64,000 nucleotides of DNA from assembly GCA_035221665.1 (NCBI GenBank), contig CM069147.1:20708001-20772000 (forward strand), written 5' to 3'. This document shows, one piece after another, positions 14,001 to 28,000 of this stretch. Source of the stretch: Okamejei kenojei (lineage: Eukaryota). Position 1 is the stretch's first letter. Every line of letters begins with the position of its first letter. The notes under the pieces were generated by a model that saw only the letters and a program-made list of their open reading frames with translations, did not search any database and was not told the origin of the DNA. The position numbers were made by a program, and so were the translations under genes.

Positions 14001-15215
14001 GGTATAGTGGTCCCTATCAGGTGGTTAAGAAGGTTGGTGCAAGGGATTACGTTATTGGTAACCCTGATCGGAGGCATAAGACTCAGCTCTGTCATATCAA
14101 CATGCTGAAGCAGTACCATGAGCAGGAGCATGTACAGGTTGATGGGGAGGAGCTGTGTCCTTCGGTTTTTGATAAGCCGGTTTTGGCTGTAGAAGTGCTG
14201 CCCCCTGACACGGGTGGTGATGTGGGTGAGGCACGGTTGACGGTGGCAGTGACGCAGGGAAAGCTGTGCAACTCTGAAGCTTTGGAGTCGCTTCCCTTGC
14301 GGTTGTCTCATTTGTCTGGAAGTCAGCGGGATGATCTGCTTGCTTTGGTGGGGTCAAATGGGTCACTGTTCTCGGATGTGCCTTCTCAGACGCCTATGCT
14401 GCAGCATGACATTGACGTGGTCGGTGCTGCGCCAATTAAACAGCATCCTCCACGGATGGAGGATTGTGTGGATCATAACATGAGGAATAAGAACAGGTGG
14501 TTAATGAGCTGGAGTTGGCAGCTGCAAGAAGACAACCTGGAGTTCAGGCACATCAGGGGTAAGGATAATATCTTGGATGATGCCTTGTCGCGCCAGTAGT
14601 GTTTTAGTGCTGAATAGTTTCTTCCGAAGCTTATTCAGTATCTTTGGGTGGGGGTGTTAGATACTTCCCCCCCCCCCTCTGGTGAATGCTATGTACTTAA
14701 CTCTTTTGTTTCTCTCCTGAGTGCAGGCCCCGTGGTTGGGAGTCAGGAATCAAGGGGTTAAGGGCACCTGTACCCGATTGGCCAAGCTGTGTCAGGTGAC
14801 GGGTGACTCATCGGAAGCTTAAATACCAGAATCTCCCAGAATTCTCTTTCTCTTCGTCGACCCTGACTCATGAACAGACGGTGGTTTGAACTGCAGGAGG
14901 CCTGGCCACATGTATTATTACCTACATTTATAAATTAATATTGAATTGGGATGGATAGGGACTGACCTGAGGTTTTTGTGTATTTTATTTAAGGGTTATT
15001 TCTATTTAGGCAGGTTAGAGACTCTAGTTTGATGGCCCATTGCGAGGCTGGCTGGAGCACTGTTACCTTTGTTCATTAGTTTATTCTTGTCCTTGACTGG
15101 GTTGTTTGAATCAGGTTTTGGTTTTAACTAAATAAAATACTATTTTCTTGAACTTGAGCCTGGTTTTTGACTATGTTACGTGGCTCTGATGTACCTGCAT
15201 TCGGGAGTCGTAACA
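11028..15215 (+). mobile_element. Gmr1-like Gypsy LTR retrotransposon (PRO-INT-RT order), RT/RNase H deleted
   Basis: TG...CA termini, perfect TSD ctggg (11023-11027 and 15216-15220), 3' LTR 14655-15215 after a PPT, partial 5' LTR 11028-11431; CCHC knuckle CYYCKGSGHILKSC, protease LRDTGA, integrase H-H-C-C plus D-D core upstream of RT stubs. Confidence 0.92.
11585..11870 (+). repeat. Imperfect tandem repeats in gag encoding an E/K/R coiled coil
   Basis: Recurring gagcttgaaatg...gagagagaaagagctcatgctccaat units. Confidence 0.7.
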
Positions 15216-18200
15216 CTGGGTGAGTGGACAAATGCATGGCAAATGCAGTATAATGTGGATAAATGTGAGGTTATCCACTTTGGTGGCAAAAACAGGAGGG
15301 TAGACTATTATCTGAATGGTGGAAGATTAGGAAAAGGGGAGATGCAACGAGACCTGGGTGTCATGGTACACCAATCATTGAAAGTAGGCTTGCAGGTGCA
15401 GCAGGCTGTGAAGAAAGCAAATGGTATGTTTGCATTCATAGCAAAAGGGTTTGAGTATAGGAGCAGGGAGGTTCTACTGCAGTTGTACAGGGTCTTGGTG
15501 AGACCACACCTGGAGTATTGCGTACAGTTTTGGTCTCCAAATCTGAGGAAAGACATTCTTCCCATAGGGGGGTACAGAGAAGGTTCACCAGACTGATTCC
15601 TGAGATGGCAGGACTTTCATGTGAGGGAAGACGTGATAGACTTGGCTTGTACTCGCTAGAATTTAGAAGACTGAGGGTGGATCTTATAGAAAATTCTTTA
15701 GGGGTTGGGCAGGCTAGATGCAGGAAGATTGTTCCCGATGTTGGGGAGGTCCAGAACAAGGGGTGACAGTCTAAGGATAAGGAGGAATTCCTTTAGGACC
15801 GAGATGAGGAAAACATTTTTCACACAGAGTGTGGTGAGTCTCTGGAATTCTCTGCCACAGAAGGTAGTTGAGGCCAGTTCATTGGCTATATTTAAGAGGG
15901 AGTTAGATGTGGCCCTTGTGGCTAAAGGGATCAGGGGGAATGGAGAGAAGGCAGGTACAGGATACTGAGTTGGATGTCCAGCCTTGATCATATTGAATGG
16001 TGGTGCAGGCTCGAAGGGCTGAATGGCCTACTCCTGCACCTATTTTCTATGTTTCTATGTAAAAGATGCATATTATTCAGTACCAATTCATCATCATTAT
16101 CGCAGATACTTGAAATTTAGTTGGATGGGTCAGCTGTGGCAATTTAAAGCATTACCTAATGGGTTAACTTCAGCTCCTAGGCTGTTCACAAAATTATTGA
16201 AACCAGTACTGGCGTTACTGAGGGCTCAAAATCACATTGTAATGGCTTATCTAGATTATATTTTAATTGTAAGCGCCACTCAGGAGACAGCTGAAGAATC
16301 GGTTTCAGCAACCACAAGCCTATTTGAATGGCTAGGGTTTCTGGTCCATCCAACAAAATCTAAGTTACAGCCATCCCAAACAATTGATTATTTGGGTTTT
16401 GTCATTAATTCAGTTGATATGTCAGTAACTTTGCCAACAACTAAGGCTGTGGATATTACAAATGCCTGTACTTGCCTCGCTGAGAAACCATATCCCTCCA
16501 TCCGAGAAGTAGCCATGGTTATTGGTAAATTGGTAGCAGCGTTTCCTACTGGAGAGTTTGGACCTCTGCACTATCAAAGTCTGCAATGCGCCAGAGAACA
16601 AGCACTAAAAACGCGTGCAGGTCATTTTGATAGGTCCATGCAGTTACCAACTAGAGCCTTAGCTGAATTGCACTGGTGGATTATCAATGTTGCACAAGCT
16701 ACTAAATATATTTTGGTTCAGCAACCTTCAGTGGTTTTACAGACTGATGTGAGCGCTCTCGGATGGGGAGCTACGGACAGTGAATCTAGCTGTGGTGGTA
16801 GATGATGTGTTCAAGAGGATTTAATTCTCCAAAGGCATAGTATAAATTATTTTGAGTTATTGGGGGCATTTTATGGATTAAAAGCTTATTGTTCCCAATG
16901 AATAATTCACACGTTCAACTCCAGGTTGATAATACCACAGCTGTGGCATATATCAATCACATAGGAGGAGTAAGGTCAGTATCATGTGATAATCTGGCTA
17001 ACCTCATGTGGAACTGGTGTATCTCCAGGAACATCTGTATCTCAGCTATCTACCTACGAGGGAGAGATAATGTGGTGGCAGACAACAGTTCAATGACAAT
17101 ATAGAATGGATGTTAAATACAGAAGTTTTTAAAAAGATTGTCAGCCACTATGGGTTACCAAATATTGATCTGTTCACATCCAAATTAAATCACCAGTTGC
17201 CTAAGTATGTTTCATGGGAGCCGGATCCAGGAGCAGTAGCGGTGGATGCATTCTCGTGACATTGGGGACGTACATTCTTCTATGCTTTTCCCCCATTCTG
17301 CCTGATTAGGCAATGTCTCACCAAAATAGAGCAGGACTCCACTACAGGCATTTTGGTGGTTCCAGACAGGCCCACACAGCCATGGTTCCCATTGGTGCTG
17401 AGAATGATGACTCCGCCATTCATGATGATCCCCAACTGCAGTAATTTGTTGGTACATCCAGTAACAGGAAAAAGTCATCCGTTACATGACCATATTAATT
17501 TGTTAATCTGCAGGTTCTGACCAGACCGTTACAAGGACTTGGACTGTCGGATAGGACCATGGATGTCATAACTGCAGCTTGGAGAGATAGCACTAAGAAA
17601 CAATTTATGTCCCATATAAAGAATGGGAAATGTTTTGTGTACAGTCAGATATATCTTATCATACTGCAAGCATACCGGGTGTATTGGAGTTCCTTGCTAT
17701 GTTGCATTTTTATCAGCACCTGAGTTATAGTGCCATTAATAGTGCTCGGAGTGCTTTGTCCTCCTATTTAGGACATTTTTCAGAATGACAATCTATCGGG
17801 TCTCATCCGTTAGTATCCCGATTCATGAGAGAAATTTTTAATAAAAATCCTCCCAAGCCTAGATATACAGAAATCTGGGATGTAAGTATAGTTCTCACAC
17901 TGCTTCGGCAATGGGCTCCAATTACGTCACTGCCTTTTCAGAAGTTAACACTTAAAGTGGTTATGCTCATGGCGTTAGTATCAGCACAACGAGTACAAAC
18001 ATTGCAAGTGTTACGACTAGATTGAATGCATTTGTCTGTAGATAAAATTACTTTTTATGTATACAATCTAATCAAGCAAAGCAGGCCAGGAATGGCTGGA
18101 ACCAAGGTAATCTTTAAAGCATACCTTGCGGACCAAGCGTTGTGTGGTTAACTATCTGAGTCAATATATTGAAGTAACTAAGAGTTTCAGAGGTTCTGAG

Positions 18201-19038
18201 ACAGCAATGCTCATTACCCACAAAAAAACATACAAAAAAGTGTCAGTACAAACTATTTCTATATGGTTAAAACGGGTTCTGGATTACGCTGGAGTGGACA
18301 CTCATGTGTTTAAATCTCACTCCTCCAGGGCGGCATCAACATCCGTGGCAAAGGCGCAGGATGTGCCGCTCGACCAAATCCTTGGGGCCACAGGATGGTC
18401 TAAAGAATTGACTTAGAGAAAGTTCTATGACAAACCTGTTGTTACAGTGCCAGGGTTTGGGCATGCTGTGTTGAGTTCCGTTTAATTTGGTTGCTTTGTT
18501 TTCATATCATTTACTTGTATTTTCCCCCTGGGATTAGAGGGGTTATTACTTTCTTTAGTTATCATTATTATTATTATTAAAATAGTTATTGAATAAGTTG
18601 AAGCAATGTTCAATATATTATTTATTCACTACTGTGTCAACTGAAGCAGTGTGTCATATGGATTGCATCTACGGCATGAAATCACAGAGCTTTGAAATCT
18701 TCACATAGTCACTCACGTGACTACAAAGTAAAATAGTAAAATTAAATGAGAACTTACCAGTTCGAAGTTTGATCCTTATTTTATGAGGAGTTACGATGAG
18801 GGATTACGTGCCCTCCGCTCCCGGCCCTCATAATCGAAAGGATCATCTGGTAGTTCTAGTCTTCTGAAAGTCTTACTATCTTACTTCGGCTATCGGTTTT
18901 CTGTGTTTTCACGCCGCTACTTTGAAGTATGACGCGCATGCGTCTGGCGGGGTTTCTTCACGTAATCCCTCATCGTAACTCCTCATAAAATAAGAATCAA
19001 ACTTCAAATTGGTAAGTTGTCATTTAATCTTACTATTT

Positions 19039-21080
19039 TATTTTATTAGAAGTACAGGAATATGGCGCCAAGGTGCCTAATATATATTGACATATTACAT
19101 TTTATGTACAGCTTCTTCTTATTATTTTTTTTAATAATGAAAAAGAAAGAGAGAATTGATAATAAAAGATAGAGAAACATGTGATATATAGTGTGTGAGA
19201 AAGAAAAAAATTGACAAATGGAGACCAACTCATTAAAAATTGTTCTGATTTATCTATTAGGAGGAATCGCATTTCCTCAAGATGTGCAGTGTCCAACATG
19301 TTTGAAATCCACATTTTAAGCGTTGGTATAGCTGTTTTTTTCCAAAAGTTAAGTATACATTTTTTTGCCATTATTAACCCATCATTAAAAAATAAATTAT
19401 GAGATGAGTTCAATTTATTCCCATCTGCCATTACTCCAAATATAATCATTTCAGTATTAAGTTCCATTTTTATTTTTAAATAATTTTGTAAATATTTCAA
19501 AAATATCACTCCAAAATTAAAAAGTTTTATGCAGGAGACAAAAGAGTGTGTTATAGTTGCATTTTGGGATAGACATTTATCACAAATGGGGGAAGTTTTG
19601 GATAGAATTTATTCAATCTAGTTTCTTGAGTAATATAATCTATGTAAAATTTTAAATTGAATTAAATTATGTCTTACATTAATCGAACATTTGTGTATAT
19701 ATATCAAATACTTTTCCCATGTTTCCTTCATAATTTTTATCATTAATTCTCGTTCCCACTCTTCTCTAAGTGCCTCTGTCGATGGTAAATCTATATTTAA
19801 AATACTATTATATGAATATGATATTATTTTCTGTGTCAGCCTTAATGTTCATTACTTATTCTATTGGATCTAAAGTTATGTTTTGATATCTTTGTATGTA
19901 TTTCTTCATGCAGATCTGAAAATATTTAAAATATTGGTTATTTTTCAATTTAAATTTAAATTGCAATTGTTGGAATGATAACAGATTTCCCATTTCATAC
20001 ATATCACCGGTCCTTTTAATTCCCATTCTTTCCCATTGATTATATGTTTTATCACTAAGAGATGGTTTAAATGAAGCATTATTCACTATTGGCCTTAACA
20101 ATGATAGGTTTCTTAATTTTAAGGATCATTTTATTTGTTTCCAAATTCTTATTGTATCATGTATAATTGGGTTATTCTTATTTTATTGTGTTGTTCAGTT
20201 TTATCGGGGAGAAGAGGATCGCTCCTATATTACAAGGAGAACAGTCCTCTTTCTCCATTCTTATCCATTCTGTCTTTTGGGTAGAACTGTCCAACCAGTA
20301 AATTTTATTCTTAATATGTACTGCCCAATAATAGTACAAAAAGTTGGAAGTGAATGTCCCCCAATGTCTTTTGGTTTGCACAAATGTTTTCTTTGAATTC
20401 TGTGTGATCTATAATCCCAGATAAAATTGGTAATGTTAGAGTCTAGTTTTTTAAAGAAGTTTTTTGGTATATATAATGGTATAGATTGAAATAGGTATAA
20501 TATATGTGGCAAAAAGATCATTTTATAGCGTTTATTCTGCCTATTAATGATAACGGAAGTGTTTTCCAGAATTTAATTAACGTGCTGAGTTTATTTAATA
20601 AAAGCATAAAATTAGCATTAAATAATGCTTTGTATTTTCTAGTAATTTGAATACCCAAATACTTAATTTTTTCTGTTGCAATTTTAAAGGGGAATTTTAA
20701 CAGGTGTGTAGATTCTTGAGGTTTTAACGTCATGATTTCACTTTTATTCCAATTTATTCTGTATCCAGAAAAAGAACCGAATTCCTCTATTAAATTTAAT
20801 AAGTTTGGTCTGCTCGTTTGTGAGTGTGTAATATATAAAAGTATATCGTCTGCATATAATGAAATTTTATTATTTGAGTCCCTAATATTATATCCCTGAA
20901 TATTCGGATGACTTCTTATACTTTCAGCCAGGGGCTCTATGATAGGGGCAAATAGCAGAGGTGATAAAGCACATTCCAGCCTATTGCCCTTCGATAAATG
21001 AAATTTTGGAGATAACATATTATTGGTTAATATTCTTGCCATCGGTTTATCATATAGTAATTTTACCCATACAATAAAAT
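19039..21080 (-). mobile_element. 5'-truncated L1-clade LINE (its A-rich tail continues at 8615-8640 across the DIRS)
   Basis: ORFs 20518..21042 (LSPLLFA, KISLYADDILL, KYLGI), 20261..20521, 19856..20101, 19102..19509; homologous to the L1 at 28-40 kb. Confidence 0.9.
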
Positions 21081-23431
21081 GTATGGGCCATGATCAACCT
21101 CTCAACGCACTTCATCACTTCCGATGTTAGTGTCACTGGTCGATATTCATGGAGGCACGTCACCATGCTCTTCTTGGGCACCAGTATAATTGATGCCCTT
21201 TTAAAGCAGGTGGGAACTCAGTCGTCAGAAGTGAGAGGTTGACAATGTCCGTAATAACTCCAGTCAGTTGGTCTGCACAGATTTTTAGAATACAACCGTG
21301 TGTGCCATCAGGTCCAGGCATTTTCGAGGGTCCACCCCTCTGAAGGATTTACTGACGTCGACCTCAGTGACCATGACCAAAATACCATCACAGCGAAAGG
21401 CACATCAGTGTTCTCCCTATCAAAGCATGTGTAAACAGACTCCAAACAGTCCTGGAGTTGTTCCTCTGCCCCTCCAGACCAGCTCTGAACAGTCGTCAGT
21501 TCTGCTGGTGCGCTCTTTAATTGCTGTCTGTAGGCAGGAAGAAGCAGCACTGCAGAATGGTCGGATTTACCGAAGTGAGGGTAAGGGATACAGCGATATG
21601 CATCCTTGATGGTGGCGTAGCAGTGGTCGAGGACCTGCAATTTTCTGGAAGTTTGTTCCATATATGTGGTGCATAAAAACTAAACGCTGCTTCTCCAAGT
21701 TTAGTTCTGACTCTGGGGACAGAAAGCAGACATGTCCCTGACAATCTCAGAGGTCTGGATGGTTCATAATGTAGCTGAAGATCAGAAATGCATTTTGGCC
21801 CAGACCATTCAATGCTTTATAAACCAACAGTAATATTTGAAATCAATTCTTTGACAGTAAAGAACTCAAAACTGGAGTGATGTGATCCACTTTCTTGGTT
21901 TTAGGGAGGACTCAGACAGCAGCGTTCTGAATCAGTTGCAGTTGTCTAATCGATCTTTTTGGGAGACCTGTGAAGACAGCGTTACAATAGTCAAGTCTAC
22001 TGAAGATAAATGCATGGACAAGTTTTTCCAAATCCTGCTGAACCATAAGTCCTTTAACCCTTGATATATACTTAAGGTGATAGTAGGATGACTTTGTAAT
22101 TGTCTTAAAGTGGCTGTTGAAGTTCAGGTCTGAGTCCATGACTACACCAAGAGTTCTTGTTTTGTCCGTGATTTTTAACATTGCCAGTTGAAGCTGAGCA
22201 CTGACTTTTAATCGTTCCTCTTTGGCTCCAAAAACAACAACCTCAGTTTTGTCTTCATTTAATTGAAGAAAATTTTGGCACATCCAATCATTGATTTGTT
22301 CCATGCACCTATTCAGTATTTGTATTGGACCATAGTCCCCTGGTGATATCTATATAGTTATCTTGACCACTTGCGCTGTATATTGATTTTAGAAAAAACG
22401 CTACACTGTATCGCTGTGATCTTTGGCTATCTTACTCACAGTCCTCCTCCACTGAGCCAGTCCCGAGGATTTTTCCCCATCGATGAAAAAAAAAAGTTAT
22501 GGGTGTTTTAAAAAACCTTGAGAAGAGGTCATTGGTTCTGTTGCCTGTCAATCACCGCAATGAAGATAACGTCCCTTCCGGGGGGGGGGGGGGGGGGGAA
22601 GGGGCAGGATTATAACACTCCAGATGCCTGGATGTGAGTCAGTCTCTCTGCAAAATCGCGAGGGAGAGGTCACGACAGTCATTCTGAGCTGTGAATCAAC
22701 TGAACTGTGAGTCTGCAATGTCATGAGTTGTTTGGCCTGCTGCCCTGCCTGTGCTTGAACGTGCAATGCTGAATTGGAAATGAAATGACAATGCCTTGAG
22801 TTGTATGGCCTGCTTGAAACTACAATGCTTTTTTAGCTGCGACTGTTTGGAAGGAATAAATGCCTTATTATGTCTGACTGTGTTTGGAGGGAATAAATGC
22901 TTTATTAGGTCTGTAGATGACATGCAACTGATCACAATAGATCATTAGATCAAGCATAACTTTAATCACTGTTGTACAAGTACAGCATAGGAAGCTGTCA
23001 GCCGACAGGACCTCATGCAGCAACTGACTGACTGCAGGAGGAGGGGAGTGCTGTTATAGCTCTGGTGATGGGTGGAGTTAGTAAAGCTAGCAACATGTGG
23101 TTAGTGGCTGAACAGCATCAATATACATCCTTCCCCTTTTAAATGAAACACACTCGTCAAACATGGCATGGCATGCAAATGTTAAACATATTCCCCATAT
23201 CTGTCCAGGGGTCGACTCACATGGCCTGAGCGCCTGCGAACAAAACCCTCACCCCTCATCGAGAAAAGGAGAACGAAGACCAGGAGGCAAGGACGTCACC
23301 GAGCCAGTCTGTGGAGACCGAAAGGGAGACGATTTTACAGGCGAGGCCCCGTTGGTAGTGGAGCGGTGGGAGGCATGCGGGAGTGAGGATAGGACGCAGG
23401 AGATGGCGACTGGAATTGGAGAGGAGAAGCA

Positions 23432-25061
23432 CCCCAAACTATGAGATTCAAAGAGGAGGAAGTACTGACACTTTTGAAAAATATAAAAGTGGATAAGTCT
23501 CAAGGTCCTGACAGGATATTCCCTAGGACATTGAGGGAAGTTAGTGTAGAAATAGCAGGAGCTATGACAGAAATATTTCAAATGTCATTAGAAACGGGAA
23601 TAGTGCCGGAGGATTGGCGTACTGCGCATGTTGTTCCATTGTTTAAAAAGCAATTATAGACCTATTAGTTTGACGTCAGTGGTGGGCAAATTAATGGAAA
23701 GGATACTTAGAGATAATATATATAAGCATCTGGATAAACAGGGTCTGATCAGGAACAGTCAACATGGATTTGTGCCTGGAAGGTCATGTTTGACAAACCT
23801 TCTTGAATTTTTTGAAGCGGTAACTAGGGAAATTGATGAGGGTAAAGCAGTGGATGTTTTCTATATGGATTTCAGTAAGGCCTTTGACAAGGTTCCCCAT
23901 GGAAGGTTGGTAAAGAAGGTTCAATCTTTGGGTGTTAATGGCGGAGTAGCAAGATGGATTCAACAATGGCTGAATGCGAGATGTCAGAGAGTAATGGTGG
24001 ATGGCTGTTTGTCAGGTTGGAAGCCGGTGACCAGTGGGGTGGCCTCCGGGATCTGTGTTGGGTCCACTGTTGTTTGTCATGTACATCAATGATCTGGATG
24101 ATGGGGTGGAAAATTGGATAAGTAAGTATGCAGATGATACCAAGATAGGTGGTGTTGTGGATAATGAAGTAGATTTTCAAAGTCTGCAGAGAGATTTGGG
24201 CCATTTGGAAAAGTGGGCTGAAAGATGGCAGATGGAGTTTAATGCTGTTAAGTGTGAAGTGCTACATCTTGGCAGGACAAATCAAAATAGGACGTACATG
24301 GTAAATGGTAGGGAATTGAGGAATGCTGTGGAACAGAGGGATCTAGGAATAACTGTGCATAGTTCCCTGAAGCTGGAATCGCATGTAGATAGGGTGGTAA
24401 AGAATGCCTTTGGTGTGCTGGCCTTTATAAATCAGAGCATTGAATATAGGAGTAGGGAAGTAATGTTAAAATTGTACAAGGCATTGGTAAGACCAATTCT
24501 GGAGTATGGTGTACAATTTTGGTCGCCTAGTTATAGGAAGGATGTCAACAAAATAGAGAGAGTACAGAGGAGATTTACTAGACTGTTGCCAGGGTTCCAG
24601 CAACTATGTTACAGAGAAAGGTTGAACAAGTTAGGTCTTTATTCTTTGGAGCGCAGAAGGTTAAGTGGGGACTTGATTGAGGTCTTTAAAATGATGAAAG
24701 GGATAGACAGAGTTGACGTGGATATGTTTTTCCCATTGAGGGTAGGGAAGATTCAAACAAGAGGGCATGACATGAGAATTAAGGGACAGAAGTTTCGGGG
24801 TAACATGAGGGGGAACTTCTTTACTCAGAGGGTGGTGGCTGTGTGGAATGAGCTTCCAGCAGAAGTGGTGGAGGCAGGATCGATTTTAACATTTAAGAGT
24901 AAAGTGGATAGGTATATGGACGTGAAGGGAATGGAGGGGTATGGTCTGAGTGCAGGTAGATGGGACTAGGGGAAAACAAATGGTCGGCATGGACTGGAAG
25001 GGCCGAGAGGGCCTGTTTCCGTGCTGTAATTGTTATATGGTTATATGGTTATATGGTTATA
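23432..25061 (+). mobile_element. 5'-truncated CR1 LINE (different subfamily) inside the Gypsy
   Basis: ORFs 23441, 23628 and 24034..24969 (YADDTKIG); tail (ttatatgg)n. Confidence 0.92.
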
Positions 25062-28000
25062 GGGGGAGCATATGGACCAGTGAGTGACAGCCGCTCTCTC
25101 TCACAGCAAGAAGATGTTGTCTGCTTCTGCGATAAACAGTTCCATCACAATCAACAATGTACGACCGTGGCTCGTCGGTCGAGTTTATCACAGTGGCCAA
25201 GCGGGAGTGACCAGTCGTGGTGCGAATTCGGACGACCTGCCCAGGCAGTAGAGGCTGTAGCGGTTTGCTAGAACGGTCATGGGACCGCTTCTGTATGTCT
25301 TTCTTCTCCTGGAGACATCTCTGGATGTTAGCGGGTTTGAGCAGTTGTTGTTATACAACAGGAATGGGACATATTGTCAAGTGAGACATCAGGCGTTGAG
25401 CCGGTGAGCCCAGGGCACCATCCTGGGCAATGTTCCGGAGATTCAGCAGATCCAGGTAAATGTCCTTATGTGAAACACGTGCACGCTCCATCAAGTACTT
25501 TGCGCTTCTGATGGTGCGTTCAGCAAGTCCGTTGCTTTGTGGATATTCTGGGCTACTTGTGATGTGCTGAAAGTTCCATCAATCAGCAAAAAACTTGAAT
25601 GTGTGGCTGCTGAACTGGGGTCCGTTGTCGGTCTGCAGGCTCACCGCAGTGCCATAGGCAGAGAAGTGTCGTTTCATTTTCGTATGTCAGACTTGGATGT
25701 GAGGGAGTGCAGCTGGTCGATCTCGAACCAATTGGAGAATTAGTCAACGAGAATGAGATAGTGTTTGCCACACCACTCGAAGATGCCCGCCGCCAGCGAC
25801 GTCCAGGGCAGTGTTGGCGGGGATTGCTGTAGGAGCAGTTGTCGTTGTTGATGAGGCGTGAGGCTGTTGCAGGCGGGGCATGAAGATACGCGGTCTTGGA
25901 TGTATTTCGCCATACCCGGCCAGTAAAAGAGATCATGGGCACGCGCAAGATTGGCGTCAGCTCCGGGATGTCCGCTGGGTGCCTCCACGAAGTACTCGTC
26001 TCTTAGCGACGAGGGCACCACCACTTTGCTGGAGATGAAGTCGACACCGAGGACCTTGAAACTTTCTCGCACTTGTGGATGTTGTTCGCAGGAAGCCCGT
26101 GGGGCGCGAGAGAGAGCATCGGCAAGATGCATGTCTTTGCCCTTCTTATAAGTCATCTTGAAGTCATAACCCTGCAATTGCAGCATCATACGGGAGTGGG
26201 AGCGGCATGGATGGGCTTATTAAGGATCGTCACCAGGGGTTGATGATCCGTCTTTACCATGAAGGTGTTCCTATAGAGGAAGTCGCGGAACTTGGTGAAC
26301 ATGACAGCCAACAGCTCCTTCTCGATTTGAGCATAGAGCTGCTCTGTTTCAGTCAAGGTGCGAGATGCATACGATACGGGCTGTAAGGTGCCATCAGAGG
26401 ATGTTTGTAGACAAGCTGCACCAAGTCCAAATTTTGAGGCATCACAAATGATCGTCACCGGACAATTAAGATCAAAGAAGGCTAGGGTTGGCGCACTGCT
26501 CAGCTTGGACGTGAGCACCTCGAAAGCTGCCTGGTGCTGCTGGAGCCACAATCATGTGGTATCTTTCTTCGTAAGCTGTCGTAGTGGAGAGCTCAGCTCA
26601 CTGAGTTTCGGGATGAATTTGCCGAGGTAATTCACCAGACCCAGGAAGCGCTGCAGGGCTTTCAAATCAGTGGGGGCTGGCATCTCGGCGATCGCGTCAG
26701 TCTTTTGAGGGTCTGGTTTGAGGCCGCCAGAGGTGAAAACGTGTCCGACATATGTAACCTCCAGGGCCCTGAAGTTGCACTTGTCCGGATTGAGCTTGAG
26801 ATTGACTTTTCGTGCACGCTCCAGAACAAGTTTGAGGTTGCGGTCGTGCTCCGCCACATCTTTCCCGTACACAAGAATGTCATCGATAATGATGGCACAA
26901 GGTAGGTCAGCAAACAATTGCTCCATCGTTTTCTGAAAGACTTCGCTGGCCGAGTTGATGCCGAATGGCATTCTGAGGAACTTGTATCTACCGAACAGGG
27001 TGGCGAACGTAGTGAGGTCTGACGACCTTTTGTCTCGGAATTCTTTGCATCCAGAACTGAAAATAGGGTGGCCGTTCCGATCCTAGCTGCTACATCCTCC
27101 ACCATCTTCATGGGGTGGTGGGGACGCTTAATGGCAGAGTTTAGGTCCCTAGGGTTGATGCATATGCAGATATCACCCTTATTCTTCTTCTTCGGTCGCG
27201 ATCATGGTGGAGACCTAGTCGGTTGGATCGCTGACTGCTGCCAATATGCCAGCAGAGACCATGTCTTTGAGCTTGGAGTGTACCTTGTCTGCCAGCGCGA
27301 TGGACAGGTGGTGTGGTGGTCGAACAACGGCAGTTACATTGGGGTCTGTGACAATCTTATAGGTGACAGGTAGCCTACCTGGGATGGGGTCGAAGAGATC
27401 AGGGAAGTCTGTGAGTGGATCCCAGGAGGCGCGACGCCTGTGAACTGTTTTGTCAAAAGCAATCAGGCCAAGATCTTGGCAGGCCTGATTCCCAAGGAGG
27501 GTCAATAATTAAAATTTAGTACATAGAACGTTAGTTCTTTGCTGGATTTGGCTAAGCCACAATTCAAAGTAGTTTCCCCCAGGGATGTTAGGACTTCACC
27601 CCCGAATGCATGGAGAGTGGAGCTGTCCTTGATGAGCTTCTCATTAGTTTTAATCTTCTCGAAAAGGTAAACAGACATTGTATTTACTTTTGCACCGGTA
27701 TCGAGATGGGCAATAAATTGAAATCCATTAACAGGGATAGTCACAACAGGGTCTGAATGCTGCACAGCTGCATGGTTGACAGTATAAACAACAGAGTCCT
27801 CTTGAGAATTAATTGGGCTGAGCTCGGCAGAGAGCTCGGAATGTGGCCATGAGCTGTTATCACCCTGCATCAGAAAGTTTAGAGAGGCCTGTTTCCACGG
27901 GAACGAGCAGCTGAACGACACACAGAGGCATAATGGTTCATTTTCCGGCAATAGTTACAGGCTTTTCCCATAGCAAGACAAGGAGCCTGTCTTCCATGTA

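Larger units (their letters stand above)
10509..16059 (+). mobile_element. Young 5'-truncated CR1 LINE inserted in the DIRS RT (split 10509-11027 and 15216-16059)
   Basis: [19 protein letters not shown], tail tttctatgtttctatg; taaaa duplicated on both sides, restoring DIRS DLKDAYY. Confidence 0.92.
8641..19038 (+). mobile_element. DIRS1-like tyrosine-recombinase retrotransposon, full structure (ITRs, ICR, gag, RT/RNase H, methyltransferase-like domain, YR), with internal stops
   Basis: 5' end tttcacttcggagtcacgtgagtgactacgtgaaga; ICR 18698-18810 complementary to both ends; right ITR 18928-19038; RT (PKKDGGCRVILDL, IDLK|DAYYSV, AYLD), QVDNTTAVAYINH, DLF...YAFPPF, YR SHSSRAASTS...GW. Confidence 0.92.
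7974..21630 (-). mobile_element. Rex1/Babar-type LINE split into 7974-8614 and 21081-21630
   Basis: ORF 8168..8596 KKAYQRLYFLRRL...SYFPTAIRLLN with (cttgaa)n tail; upstream piece LDHCYATIKDAY...FGKSDHSAVLLLP and [16 protein letters not shown]. Confidence 0.8.
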
